A DNA stretch of 63,936 nt, filler included, from Mitosporidium daphniae (Eukaryota), in assembly GCF_000760515.2 (NCBI RefSeq). It is 5 parts of 5 records of this genome, joined end to end, with 100 filler letters (N's around TTAATTAATTAA, not from the genome) between each part and the next. Parts side by side here need not be neighbours in the genome. Positions count along the whole stretch, not along the records: positions 43,725 to 57,819 come from NW_013546710.1; 4 more parts are not named here. One strand, given 5' to 3'. Position 1 is the first letter of the stretch. Each line of letters opens with the position of its first letter. Under the pieces are notes generated by a model. That model saw nothing but the letters and a program-made list of their open reading frames with translations, ran no database searches and was not told the origin of the DNA. Shown here piece by piece: positions 46,701 through 57,503 of this stretch. A program made the position numbers and the translations under genes.

Positions 46701-48493
46701 AAAATGTGATTGTTTATCAAATGGACACCGGCAGAGTTGGGAGAGATTTGCCTGTAGAGGGCCAATTTTTGTTTCTTGAAACCAAGTACGGTTTGAAAAA
46801 CGAGGATGTTTTCCTGTATCTTGACGAGGCCCATTGCTTTGGAACCAATGTCGATGTCAACAATCTATCTGCAATTTGCGTGGTTACCTTTTCTACGCTT
46901 GTGTATACGAAGAGCCTTTACCAAACGCTCCTAAGAGCCCGAAAGCTTTTGAATGGAATCTCGACTTTTAGTCGGTACACTCGTCCTAAAGAACCACGCC
47001 ACCAGATTAAGGTGTTTGTTTCTTCAAAGCTGAAACCTGACAAAGCTATGCTTTTGACGCTCAGCGAAAACGACAGGAAAGAATTGTCATCGAAAATCAA
47101 CCTTTTTTCAAAGGTTATAAACTCTGGTAAGAAGAAGACTGGCTTGCAAAAAGTTTTTACTTCTGCTCATCTGAATCAGCTCAAGAAGGATCGTAAAGAG
47201 AAATCTCTTCTACCCTGGCAAGAATTCTTTTCCAGGGTTTTGAAGAGCTTCTGGTCTCCCGCCTACTCCTCTGCAGACAATCGAATTCCAAACTGGGACA
47301 GGATTCTCAACCTGAAAGATCGAAACTCGATTGATCAGCTTAAATGGATTTTTTTTTCTGAAAGTATCCCGAATTTTGAAATTTTGGAATTCTTTGAAAG
47401 TAACAAGATAACGGAGATCTTTCCCCCCGACTTTGAAATGCCTTCCATTCCATTGGTTCCCAAAAGTAATCCATGGGATATCGAGACTGTTGTCCAATCT
47501 ACTCAAGAGCAGCAGTCCACCCAAGAGCAGCAATCCACCCAAGAGCAAGAAAATGTTCATGAAACAGTGAAAGTTTTAAATGTGCGTGCTGAAAGGTCTT
47601 CAGTTTTTGAAAAATCTGATGCTATATTTGAGGGTTTAAGTGTCAAATTTACAAATGACTTTACGAGAACAGCTGTTGGTCGCCTCAGTTTAAATGATGA
47701 ATACACGAAATATCCGGTGTTTGTTGATGCTGTTGACGGAGAAATGCTATTCGCCACAATGAATGATGTTGCTGAAAAGCTCAAAAATCCCATTCACTTT
47801 TTCTTCTCACCTGCACTGATAAACATATATAATCTGGAAGAATTTGACTTGGAAGACATGCTTCACTATCTGGCATACTCTGGCGGTGCCGTTGGTTTTA
47901 TGGATCTTCTGGATAGCTCTACGAGGCTGAAAGATATCATTTTTGGGTTTATCGCAGCTCATGAGCTGATCTTGCAGCAATGGATACAATTTGCACGAAA
48001 ATTTAAAAGAACATCTTCATTGAAGGTATTAAGACACATACAATCGCGGTTTAAAGGTAGCACCAAGTACGATTTTACAAATGTTGCCATAAAAGCCAGG
48101 ATTTCTCAAGGGAAACTATTTATCCTCAACGTATGTGCAAAGAAATCCGAAGAGCCCTTCAATCTGAAACAGTTTAATTTGCATTTGCTTCTTGATGTTT
48201 TCAAACCTTCCAAGGAATTCATCGATCAACCAGAGCCATTCTTCTATCAGAGGCCTTCAGCGGTGTATAAAAAGGACACTTACCTAATGAAAAAGGCTAC
48301 TAAAGAAGCGAAAGATTTAATTGACCTCGACCCAAAGAACGAAGAGAGAAATGGAAAAAAAATCGGCATTTCGCTAGATAACATCACAAATAATATTTTC
48401 GCTCTTCTAACATATACCTTCATGGTTGGACTCGCTGTTTCTTTGATTGGGGTAACATTTCGCATCTATTCTGATCGCTACCATCGTCAATAA
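43727..48493 (+). CDS. Large DUF3638/DUF3645-type SF2-helicase-like P-loop protein with C-terminal TM; 5' truncated by the gap; intronless
   Basis: Frame open back to the contig edge (IVYWLVFLRYYDRAM); QQGMAGGKTT, VLDEAD, PIPYAMANTP..SSFG, YSGT, LFDAGAL, YLDEAHCFGT, QTLLRARKL, QEQE; terminal hydrophobic helix. Confidence 0.8.
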   Translation: MVYWLVFLRYYDRAMQYVSLYTSISFELTEIELVILQNILEIKYRDLEYVVIEGWANHLLDEHGIFFKRLLNEENRVKKITDIANLISIIPFKYKRLLFSFLPNINEDKYLWAYSNKLKIGSSGGKSSKLELHIPTLRETTKDTHYKWCLNLFSKVQLKHWSEFNDFDFESFLSFINHLAQSSKDLTDFLNKFNAPYLNHIRFYLSMEKNSPEYKIVSLFHVIFVVFNKLPDKEKLSNFFSDLKNKKFPQEVFDIYEKHSGFQSLPSGESNKFVKTLPLPPPDYENLLSITMERKALSSDFFTADAKFTFFSDAASLEETLKSIVSTDELLAGFPLGALKDPKLLAQILLCGSIEELGAFFTISAEKTPELLDLLWTHFITFFYCERPSLQENTFCKAWIRQKIPSRARNVLTYIWASILGRQKMPSQPLPVTVQDKVSILIEFFTESQLYEEQRTTMSNILDKMMHGRSYVVQQGMAGGKTTRFGPAAAIVATSVLRKLPIFIFPNSILDQNIVQLRQWVFDFFGKRVFEFKSERSPYGYSEVYLRYLYYRLTMAHDRGDVFVSSMNSIQCLLNARKELLLQNTQTSKESLAWVLRILHFIEHYSIFVLDEADGIMDVSILYNFDTNEAHEKNWDVIDVLIECFLFLRDKRVFRSKTGTPITIFEIQEPLTPYAVELFKKTLHQELDPILENTSQETRALIIDQLFVNCWEKVRNVGYGASMESPFPYPIPYAMANTPREGSSFGNQLFIIAISLKFYLENEMKDLSEPPLFFTKENIYSILELYYDHEKLKEMKNDIKTQIKNQIKPQIKNQIKQFVFESFKCLREKIYENDDTLKIFFREVVIESINTSPHQIVSSAIEFILSCSQVLAYSGTLYNWKNFEVIPKVDIDVNQSSVIERRIYNSFSFSPPNCYTKDYPEIRSYAAQVQNPELLGKKDTQFDVLMAFILETRTTALFDAGALLKDHSNAKIADHILASKRYKCVVYYDDKENVIVYQMDTGRVGRDLPVEGQFLFLETKYGLKNEDVFLYLDEAHCFGTNVDVNNLSAICVVTFSTLVYTKSLYQTLLRARKLLNGISTFSRYTRPKEPRHQIKVFVSSKLKPDKAMLLTLSENDRKELSSKINLFSKVINSGKKKTGLQKVFTSAHLNQLKKDRKEKSLLPWQEFFSRVLKSFWSPAYSSADNRIPNWDRILNLKDRNSIDQLKWIFFSESIPNFEILEFFESNKITEIFPPDFEMPSIPLVPKSNPWDIETVVQSTQEQQSTQEQQSTQEQENVHETVKVLNVRAERSSVFEKSDAIFEGLSVKFTNDFTRTAVGRLSLNDEYTKYPVFVDAVDGEMLFATMNDVAEKLKNPIHFFFSPALINIYNLEEFDLEDMLHYLAYSGGAVGFMDLLDSSTRLKDIIFGFIAAHELILQQWIQFARKFKRTSSLKVLRHIQSRFKGSTKYDFTNVAIKARISQGKLFILNVCAKKSEEPFNLKQFNLHLLLDVFKPSKEFIDQPEPFFYQRPSAVYKKDTYLMKKATKEAKDLIDLDPKNEERNGKKIGISLDNITNNIFALLTYTFMVGLAVSLIGVTFRIYSDRYHRQ

Positions 48494-49289
48494 ACATCTC
48501 CTCTTATCTTTTTGTGTATTTCAAGTTTCTTCAAACTGGCGCTGATTCTTCCTGCATTTTCCATTGCATCTACCTACGGCTTAGGGTAATCCGGACGTGA
48601 TAAAGGATGATGAAGCAAGCGTGACTGAAGGTAGACGTTTGCGCAAATTTTCTGGAAATTTAGCCTCTGTTTGCCATGTTGGTTAGGGTTAGACGGTTTC
48701 AGCTGCCATATCCTTCCTTTTCTTGACAATAATATGACATTGGTGGCGGATGCAAATTATTTTTTTGGCAAAAGAACCCTTTTATACGGAAAGTGCCAAT
48801 TAATTTGATTAAATTAAATTAAATGTAATTCAAAGTTGCCATTTTGTCAGTAGCTTGTCGATGTGTTGCCCTTACATAGGATTGGGCTTGGTTTTAATTT
48901 AATCTAGCATCGACGCCGGAAAGTACAGAAGAATTGTATCCATCCCATGCAAAGATAGGAAATGCTCTTTGAACCAAAAAAAGTACTCGCAACTCTCCAA
49001 CGAGCGACAAACAGACATTCGCGTCAATTTTGATCGTTGAACTTGCAGTCGTGCATTAAAAAAAGGGTCATTTAGTTTGTCAGTTAATTAGATATTTGGC
49101 TAATCAGTTGGTTGATTAGTTAGGGTTAGTTTGAGCCACTGATTGCATGATTTATAGAGCACGAACAGAAATAAACTTTATTGCAAAAATTCAATCAATT
49201 GGTGAACAAACTAAAGAATGAGAACTCGGATATTTAGGGGCCTTCAATTTAAAGGCAATTAATCCGATTTACAGACAGTCACCCAATCA

Positions 49290-49830
49290 TATGCAATTTG
49301 GGAAATTTACGGCGAAGGCACGAAACTCGCCAAGCTTTCATCGAATTTGGTACAAATTCATCGATCTCTGCCCCCCGCTTCTTTGACACGAACCGATGCT
49401 GCTCGCATTCCTCAAGATCAAAGTGATTGATTGACCACTTTTTGGGGCATTTTCTCTCCACAAAGACGGGAAGTTCAAGGTTCACCCGCCTAGCCACACA
49501 CGGGAAGCGTTCTTTTGCTTTACAAGCTTGGAATTGCGATTTTCTTCAATTGAAAAGGCCTCCCATGCCATCACATTGTTTTGATATCTCTACTGCTGTC
49601 TGAAGACTTTGCGGGGATCAAGTCCACATGTAAGGTCCCCTTTTCAAGATGCAAAGCGATCACCTAAAATTCGACCTTGTCATCGTATATTGAGTTGTCT
49701 GTTTAAAGTACCATGAAAAGGCTATGGAATGCTTTTCTTTCGGACTGACTGAACTCGAACAGATTATTTTGCGAAATATCATTGAGATTAAACATCTTGA
49801 GCTCGAATACGTTGTTGTCATACAAATCTC
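49290..49830 (+). pseudogene. Decayed N-terminal fragment of a paralog of the DUF3638-type gene
   Basis: 49680-49822 (…SFGLTELEQIILRNIIEIKHLELEYVV) aligns with 43725-43880; frameshifted; the upstream limit is approximate. Confidence 0.75.
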
Positions 49831-50306
49831 TAAATTTCAATCTAGAGCGCAACTTGATAGCTTTTTGAATCTCTATCAAAAGGGGCTCTTGTTTATCTTG
49901 ATGCTAACCGCCATGGCGATTAATGTGATCGCATACGAAATCAAAAATATTGAACCTGGGTTAGGATGTGTGACATGGGCATTTAAACGTCAGTTATTTA
50001 ATTGGGCCTCCTGATATGGGCAATATATAATGTGGACCAACATGCAGTTTCAATGAAATTAATTTTGGCCAAATCCCAACCCTAGCCCAAACATCGCTGA
50101 CTAATTTGGTCGAATGTTGTGTTATTTATGTTTGTTTATATTTTCAAATCGAAAAGTGATTTCGCACACAAAAGGCACGCCTCTCGTTGGTTAATATCCT
50201 ATTTATTTGTTGTTGTTTTGTTTATCTATTTCCGTCACTGCAAACATGTCAGCTTAACAGCATGAAAAGAATAAATAGCGAATGTTGTATTGAAAAGTAT
50301 GCAACC

Positions 50307-52199
50307 ATGATTCCAAAGCGAATAACAGCTCTTCTTTTCTGTATGTGCTTAGCTTTATTTTCGGCGTCATCTGTGATGTCGATAAAACCTGGTATCTACT
50401 TTGCAAACATAACCTCATCGATTTCTAATGGAACAACTGCTCCGTTCATTATACACGCAAGCAAAGGTCTTGGTGTTAATGTCACTGCTTTGGGCGAAAT
50501 ATATCCATATTCTTCTATTTTTGTGGAATGGGATCCTTTTTCTGGTCATGATAGCTATGATGCTACACTTTCTCTTAAAAGTTTAGCGAATCCGGATGAA
50601 ATTTTTCCCGAATCGCAAACCAAAGATACTGGAAATGCAACTATTGTGTTGGAAAATTATGGTTCTTTTAAGCCAGGAATGTATGCCATCCTTGTCTCCA
50701 ATGCCCTTGGCCAAGGTGTATCAAATTCGTTTCTCGTTCTCGCGCCTAATCCCCTTTCTGTTAAGACTGATACGGATAAGGTTCCCACTGGCGAGTTTTT
50801 GGGTCTTTCTTGGACTCCATTCAACATTTCTGATACTGTGAACATATCTATCGCCCGCGTCTCAAGCGGTTCTCAACGTATTATTGCTACAAACCTTGCT
50901 GATACCGGATCTACCAGTGTTGAGCTTTCATATCCTCCTGGTATTTACGAATTGAAATTAGTATCCTCCCTTGGAATTGGTTCCTCAAATCGTTTTGCTA
51001 TTACCACCGAATTTAACACGATCGCTGTCACAGTTAATCCAGACAGCATTTCTTCAATTAATGGTTTCACAATTGTCGAATGGAAACCATTCGATAAAGC
51101 TGAGGAATTCGTAAACCTAACCCTAACCGGGAAGGATGGACTCGCTTATAAGAATGTGTCTAATGTGCCAAACATTGGATACTATTTTTTGAGCGCTTCA
51201 GAATGGGAAGTGCCGAAATCACCAGCCACGTACAGTTTTACTATCGATTCAATGCTTGGCTCTGACAGCATCGAGCTCACCATGTTTGATAGTGCCACCT
51301 TGAACGTTATTATTGATCCAAGCGTTGTTATGTCTGATGGTGGTGCTATCGATGTCAATTGGTCTCCCATTGATCCTAGCGAACCCCTTGTTAATCTTTC
51401 TGTATACAGTGGCAATGATTCTTTGCTGAAAACACTTGAAGTGCCAAATACAGGATCATATTCAGACGATGTTACATCATTTGGGCTGTTTCCAGGAAGG
51501 TATAAAATCCAAGTTGATTCGAATATGGGCTCTGGATTTGACTATTTGATCGTGAGTAGTGCTACTCCCCTGAATATTCTGGTTCCCAACTCCGAATCTA
51601 TTATTTACAATAACTCTGCCTCATTATCTGTCCAATGGACTCCGTTCGATGAAAATACTACTCCTGCCGTTATTACCATTATTAACCAGAACACGATGAA
51701 AAACGATTATTTTTCAGTCAAAAACAATGGAAATGCCTCTCTTAATTTGAGTTCTATTGATGTACCTGCTGGAACCTACAGCCTAACTGTGGATACTTCG
51801 ATCGGAAGCAGTGGATCTCCGTCTATGTTTGTTCTTCTTTATCCTGAAACCCTTTTGATCGCCTCACCAAATTCTACCACCAATGTTTCTAATGTCGGTT
51901 TGCTTGATATCGAATGGGACCCTAAAAATCCTGCTGGTGAAAACATCACCATCTACCTGCACCACGCTGTAAACAACAGTATCTCTTACGGTCCATTCAA
52001 AACTCTCGACGATGGTAATGCCACTCTCGATCTTATGACAAATGCTATCAACAAAAATATGCTTCTTGAGGATGCTATTGCTTCTGAACAAAAAGCTCAT
52101 GATGCCGATGTTCGAGCTGTTATGCGGGCACTAGAGCCAAAAAATGCAGCAAAGAAATCTAGCTTTCACACACAGAAAGAATCGATTAGAATGAAATAA
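50307..52199 (+). CDS. Secreted protein with six ~90-aa Ig-like repeats (Kre9/KNH-like Ser/Thr-rich family)
   Basis: Signal peptide MIPKRITALLFCMCLALFSASSVMS; repeat pattern VxWxP..VxLxL..[DN]xG..PGxYxLxVxSxxG..F; many NxS/T sequons; intronless. Confidence 0.8.
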   Translation: MIPKRITALLFCMCLALFSASSVMSIKPGIYFANITSSISNGTTAPFIIHASKGLGVNVTALGEIYPYSSIFVEWDPFSGHDSYDATLSLKSLANPDEIFPESQTKDTGNATIVLENYGSFKPGMYAILVSNALGQGVSNSFLVLAPNPLSVKTDTDKVPTGEFLGLSWTPFNISDTVNISIARVSSGSQRIIATNLADTGSTSVELSYPPGIYELKLVSSLGIGSSNRFAITTEFNTIAVTVNPDSISSINGFTIVEWKPFDKAEEFVNLTLTGKDGLAYKNVSNVPNIGYYFLSASEWEVPKSPATYSFTIDSMLGSDSIELTMFDSATLNVIIDPSVVMSDGGAIDVNWSPIDPSEPLVNLSVYSGNDSLLKTLEVPNTGSYSDDVTSFGLFPGRYKIQVDSNMGSGFDYLIVSSATPLNILVPNSESIIYNNSASLSVQWTPFDENTTPAVITIINQNTMKNDYFSVKNNGNASLNLSSIDVPAGTYSLTVDTSIGSSGSPSMFVLLYPETLLIASPNSTTNVSNVGLLDIEWDPKNPAGENITIYLHHAVNNSISYGPFKTLDDGNATLDLMTNAINKNMLLEDAIASEQKAHDADVRAVMRALEPKNAAKKSSFHTQKESIRMK

Positions 52200-53199
52200 A
52201 ATAGATAATATAAACACCACCACCCCTTTCTGGGCTTACTTAGGTTCACTAATGAAAGTCCCATGCATCATCCACATTGGTTGCGTCAGTTGATAAGCAA
52301 GCTCAGGCTCTGTTGGGCTTTGCCCCGATCGTACTATATGTCGGATATGTGAACTAGCATGTGGGCTTCGTTTTTGGATTATAATACGACCAGATTCCGA
52401 TCGAGTAGACTGGAACTATGCAGTCGCTCGCATCGCCAATATCAGCTCCAACCTTGACTCAATTCCGGGTCTGGTATGAATCAATCGAGTTTTAGGGTTA
52501 GGTTTTACTATGCTTTATTTCGTAATAAACGGAGTTATGGAAGGGACACTTGGTTTCAAGGCAGCATGGGGGGAAATTGCAAATTGGGCCGATGGACGAA
52601 TCAGAGTGCAGGCGGAATTAGATTGGATTGGATTAGATTAAATTTAGAAGTGGGACAAATCCGTAGTTGGGAGCAACGATGCAAGAAGGTTTTCGAAAAC
52701 TTCGTATTGACGCAAGTTCAGAGGGTGATCCAAGGGGGTGTAGTGGTGTTCGCCCTGTATTTTGGCAGCGAAAGCAGAAAAGGAAGCTGCTCAGATGGGT
52801 CTAAAGGAAAAAACAACGGTGTCCAAAACATGCGGCCATCAGCCAATGTCAAATAATTCGATCGACTGCTCTGAAAACATGTCGTGAAACGCAAGAAAAA
52901 CATGCGCAACGCTCCAAACGACGGAAAAACCGCAGTATATGTGAATTTGGATCGTTAAACTGGATGTGGTAAATTACATGAAAAGGTCATTTGGATAGCC
53001 AGTTTGGTAATTAGTTGTTTAGTTTACGGTGTGGTTGCTTGTTATATGTGCTCGGCAGCATGAATTGTTGGACAAGCAACAGTGGGAAATCTGATATTTG
53101 CCAAGCTTCGATTTACAAACAAGCATTCCAATTTGTCAACCTTTGATCCAATTTACCGGAAATTGATCGGTCGCATCGCCCATTGTTTTGCCATGAATC

Positions 53200-55553
53200 C
53201 ACCTGCTTGCCTTGAAAACGATATCAATGATCTGAGCTAGCGCTTTTCCAGTCATTTGGTAATCGAAACATCAAGACGGCGCCTTTTCTGCCGGTATGAC
53301 CTCCCATTGAGTTTATTTGATCCAGCAGACAAGGTTTGCATACAGCGGTACGTTGTACCATTTGGGGGCTTTAAAGGCATGTCCGATGTCGATTTTGATT
53401 CCAAAAAATTGTTCTTAATCGAGAGAAAATCGATAGCTGGACTGCTTTTTCTCTGCATTTCTGCACGGAAAATTGTCCACAAATTCAAAACCATGCCGCT
53501 CAAGTTCAAAATCAATTCAAAATTCGGTGCTGCTTGAAAAATCCCGATTTGATGCGCTTTATTTTGAAGACCCGTACGACAGCATTTTTTGATGCTGGGC
53601 GTTTGTAGAAATCATTCTAACCCAATGTATCAAAAGGATCCTGGCTTCAACAAGATACCAGTGCGTGCTGACTACCATGACATGGAAATGCAAAAGTCAA
53701 GAGACAGTTGCGTGCAGAGGGCCACTTCTGGCTGCTTGAAAAAGTACGCTCTGAAAAATCCCGATATTTTTGTGTATGTCTACCTGAGCAGGCGTATTGC
53801 TTTGAAACAAATGTCAATCTCAACAATTTATTTGAATTTTTGGCCGCTTTTTCTATGCCTGTTTTTACCAAATGCTTTATCAAAAGCTCTTAAAAGCCGG
53901 AAGGCTGTCGGATGGAATCTGGTGTAAGATCCAAATAGTGATTCCAAAAATTAACGCCACCAAATTAGCCTTTTTTTGGTCGTTGCTGCAAAATGAACAA
54001 AATATGCGATCAACACTGAGCACAAATGACACGGAGACATTAAGCTTGGAAATGAACATTTTCCAAACTCCATAAGATCCGATCAAAAGGCTGCTTTGGA
54101 AAAAGATTACTTTTCTCATTTGCATCGGCTCCAGAGGGATCGGAAGCAGAAAAAAGGCACTCTTACCCCGACAGGCATTGCTTTCCAAGGGGTTGAACAT
54201 CTTTTAATGTCCAGCTACGAAAATATTCTCAAACTGAACGATCCAGATTTTATCGATAAGCTAAGGTGGATATTTTTCTGAAAGCATGCGATGGCTGCTG
54301 TTTGAACTTTAAAATCTCAAGCTAGCAAGATGGGAAAGACATTTTCGGAAATTCTAACCCCTGATCATCGGTTCCATCGACCGGAAATACTCTTCGTACG
54401 TTAGATACAGAGACCTTTGTCCAATTTGAAAGCTGCAATATGCTAAAGCGGAGGAGCATCCTGATTAAAACATTCAAGACCCAAGTATGGCATGCAAAAA
54501 ATTTACCCTTTGGAATATTGGAGCTCAACTTGCTAAGTTGCGGGCTGCATTTACAAAAGATTTTGCAACAACTGTTGTGGGTCCATCAATCTAAACGGGA
54601 TACATACACATACGAAATCGTCTTTTTGTTGATATTTTCGAGGAAGCAAGGCTACTTGTCATAATGAACGATGCTGCTGGAAAGCTCAAAAATCCGACCT
54701 ATTTTTGTCGCCTGCACTGATAAAAATCTACGATCTGGAAAGGTTCGATTTTTTCAAATCGATTTGGAAGACATGCTTGATTATCTGGCATGCTCTGGTG
54801 GCGCCGTTGGTCTTTTAGGTGGCTCTACAAAGGCTTGAAGATATCACGGCTCTGTGTTGCAGCAATGGATCTATTTCACGAAAATCTAGCAATCCATCTT
54901 GATTGAAGCTATTGAAGCAATTGAAGCACACACAATTGCAGTTTAGAGATACCGCAAAGTGCAACTTCACAAATGTTGGTATAAAGTTCGGGGTTTGTGA
55001 GCGGAAATTGTGCCTCAAAGCATGTGCAAAGGACCCTAAAATTCCCGTCGATCTGGATCTGTTTAATTTGCATTTGCTTCCGGGAGACCTCAAACCTTGC
55101 AAAAGAAACCTCAGAAATTATATTTTGGGCTTTCTGTTCAAACAGGCTGTTTTGCTTGGGCTCGTTGTCATTTTCGTCGTGGCGACTCTCCTGTACCGTA
55201 ACCATCGCAACGTATCTAGGAATTCTGCATTAAGCACTTTCTCTTACTATTTGCCCAGGATTCTTGGAGTTGGATTTGCATTCATTTGTCTTGACCTCGC
55301 CGCTGCAATAGTGTACTTTTTGTGGAGAATGCATCAAAAGCATGAAGGTGCTGAGCAAAAGGATAGCTCAGATATATCAGCAGCACTTGCGTCGCAGGGT
55401 GGTACTGTTGACGCCATACAGACTGTCGAAGCAAATGCCACTGAGGCTGGATGCTTGCCTAAAATTGATGGCAATTCAGCCTCTGCTCGCCACACTGACT
55501 TTGTTAGAATTGTGATCGCTTCCATTTCCTTGCTTGTTTTTGAATTGTTTTGA
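53200..55553 (+). pseudogene. Decayed C-terminal two-fifths of a DUF3638-type paralog; the last 216 codons are still open and encode TM helices
   Basis: DNA-level similarity to about 46000-48490, e.g. ATGCCGCTCAAGTTCAAAATC, ACGACAGCATT..TTGATGC, TTGGAAGACATGCTT..TATCTGGCAT; many indels and stops. Confidence 0.85.
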
Positions 55554-55970
55554 GATTGATGGCTGATGCCAATCAAGCTGATACAAATCAAGCTCATACG
55601 AACCAAGCTGCTGCTTTCATCAAAAACGCAACATGTATATCTAAAATGGCCTTTAAATTAATTAGACTGAAAATATGACATTTTAGTAAATTTTTGGTAG
55701 GTTTTAGTAAGCTTTTGGCAACTTTTGGTTCGACATGTCCTTTCTTCACGTTGGCCCAAAAATTAATTCAAATTTGATAGCACGGATCAATAGAACGACT
55801 AAAACTAATCCCAAATAAAGGCGGTTTTGATTGCATCTTTACTAGATAAGCATCATATTTGCGTCGATCATGTGGCTTAGCCCTAAGCTAGCTGGATTTA
55901 ATGATCCTACTCGATCGCCAATATCCAAGTGCATTGAGGTGCCGGGTGAGAAAATACGCACCCACATCAA

Positions 55971-56312
55971 ATGGACGAAAAGGGAACAGCAGACGAAAGA
56001 TACAAAATATGCGGAATGGAAGTGAATATCGCGCTTTTCGAAGGCGCAGCTCTTTTCTGGCACACTTTTCAAATTAAGCAGCGGCCCGCCTCTTATTACA
56101 TTTTCCAGGTCACTCAAACAAGTCACTTCTGGGATGCTTTCAAGAAAAATTTTCACACGATTTTGAGTAAAGGCAACAGGTACTCCAGCAACTTTGATTT
56201 GATGTGTGGATGGCATGAGTTCTTTAAGCTAAACACCCACATGAACGAGCTATTTATGGTATTGTCAGCCTACGATCCAAACGGTTCGGGTATTCAAATC
56301 AGATTCGCATAA
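55971..56312 (+). CDS. Hypothetical protein or gene fragment
   Basis: 113-aa ORF with no recognised family, in decayed surroundings. Confidence 0.3.
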   Translation: MDEKGTADERYKICGMEVNIALFEGAALFWHTFQIKQRPASYYIFQVTQTSHFWDAFKKNFHTILSKGNRYSSNFDLMCGWHEFFKLNTHMNELFMVLSAYDPNGSGIQIRFA

Positions 56313-57503
56313 GTAGATACGGAGAAAGGGATTTTTACTCCGCAATTAAGGAGTTTATTAAAAACAAGGTCCTTTATCCAGCGTGCATGCATCATAATGA
56401 ACCCACTTTTAAATAATGGAGTCAAATGGAGAATAATGTAAACAAATATCAGAGCTAGCAAATCATTAAACATAATGCAATTCTGCAAATTTTGTTAGCA
56501 TAAACATTGATGCCCAATGATAGTGGAATGGCAATTCAACAGCGATGGACCACAACATTGTTAGCTTGAGAGTGCTTGTGTATGTCAAGTTAAAATAGAA
56601 GCTTCAAAACTACAATCGAAGATACTCGACTTTGAGGCCCTCTTGTATTTATACCTGCTTCGAGTAAGATGTGAATTTTAAGAAACTTTTCCATTAATAC
56701 CGGCTAATTAGGCTGAATGTTCGACCACAGCAGACATATGATCGGTTACATCAAGGCTTAGGATTAAGGTTGTGCGAAAGCTATGCTTTACCAAATCCAG
56801 AGACTCAATGTAGAAATAGTGTCATTTCTATATGCGCGTCTAGCAGATTTAAAGAAAATTACTGCATTGAGATAAAAGATCTTATGGCTGGGACTGGTGA
56901 CCGTCCATGTGCTTTTAAAATTTTAATCGGACGATATCTAGCAAGAATTACGCCATTTACTTTGGTTTGACATATCTTGTGCCAGTGACAGACAATTGGT
57001 GAATTGCAAGAAAACCTTGGATATGAAACATGATGTTTGCATATTGTTCGAATAAGATTCTTGGATGAGCAGAAGATCTCTTTCTAAACAACGGAATACA
57101 TAAGTCGAAATTGCAATGATATCCATTTGATAAGAGATTGAAGAAGAATTCTTGAAAATATTCAGAATACTACTTTGAAGGAACGCTGATAATGCAGTCG
57201 CTTGCTTTTCTGGTAGTATGGTCGAATTATCGATGCACAAATCACTTCTGATCTAGATGGTCGTATCGGAAATCAACAATTCTTTTATTTGATTGGTATA
57301 ATTTCTATTTTTGCAATCATCCTGAATAAAATAGACTAGTTAGTGAATAAAGTGCATATTAAGACGACCTGGTAATTAAAATTTCGGAGTTTAATTGGTC
57401 CTTCCAGCAATTATTAATTTTAATATTCCGATTGGATGCAAAATTTCCGGTCAAAAACAGGGTATAAAATGCTAGCTGTTTTTTCGGCAAGTTATCCATT
57501 TCA

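Noticed and set aside
55571..55610. Short 15-bp imperfect repeat AATCAAGCTGATACA
   Set aside because: Under three degenerate copies with no associated structure; likely slippage in decayed coding DNA.
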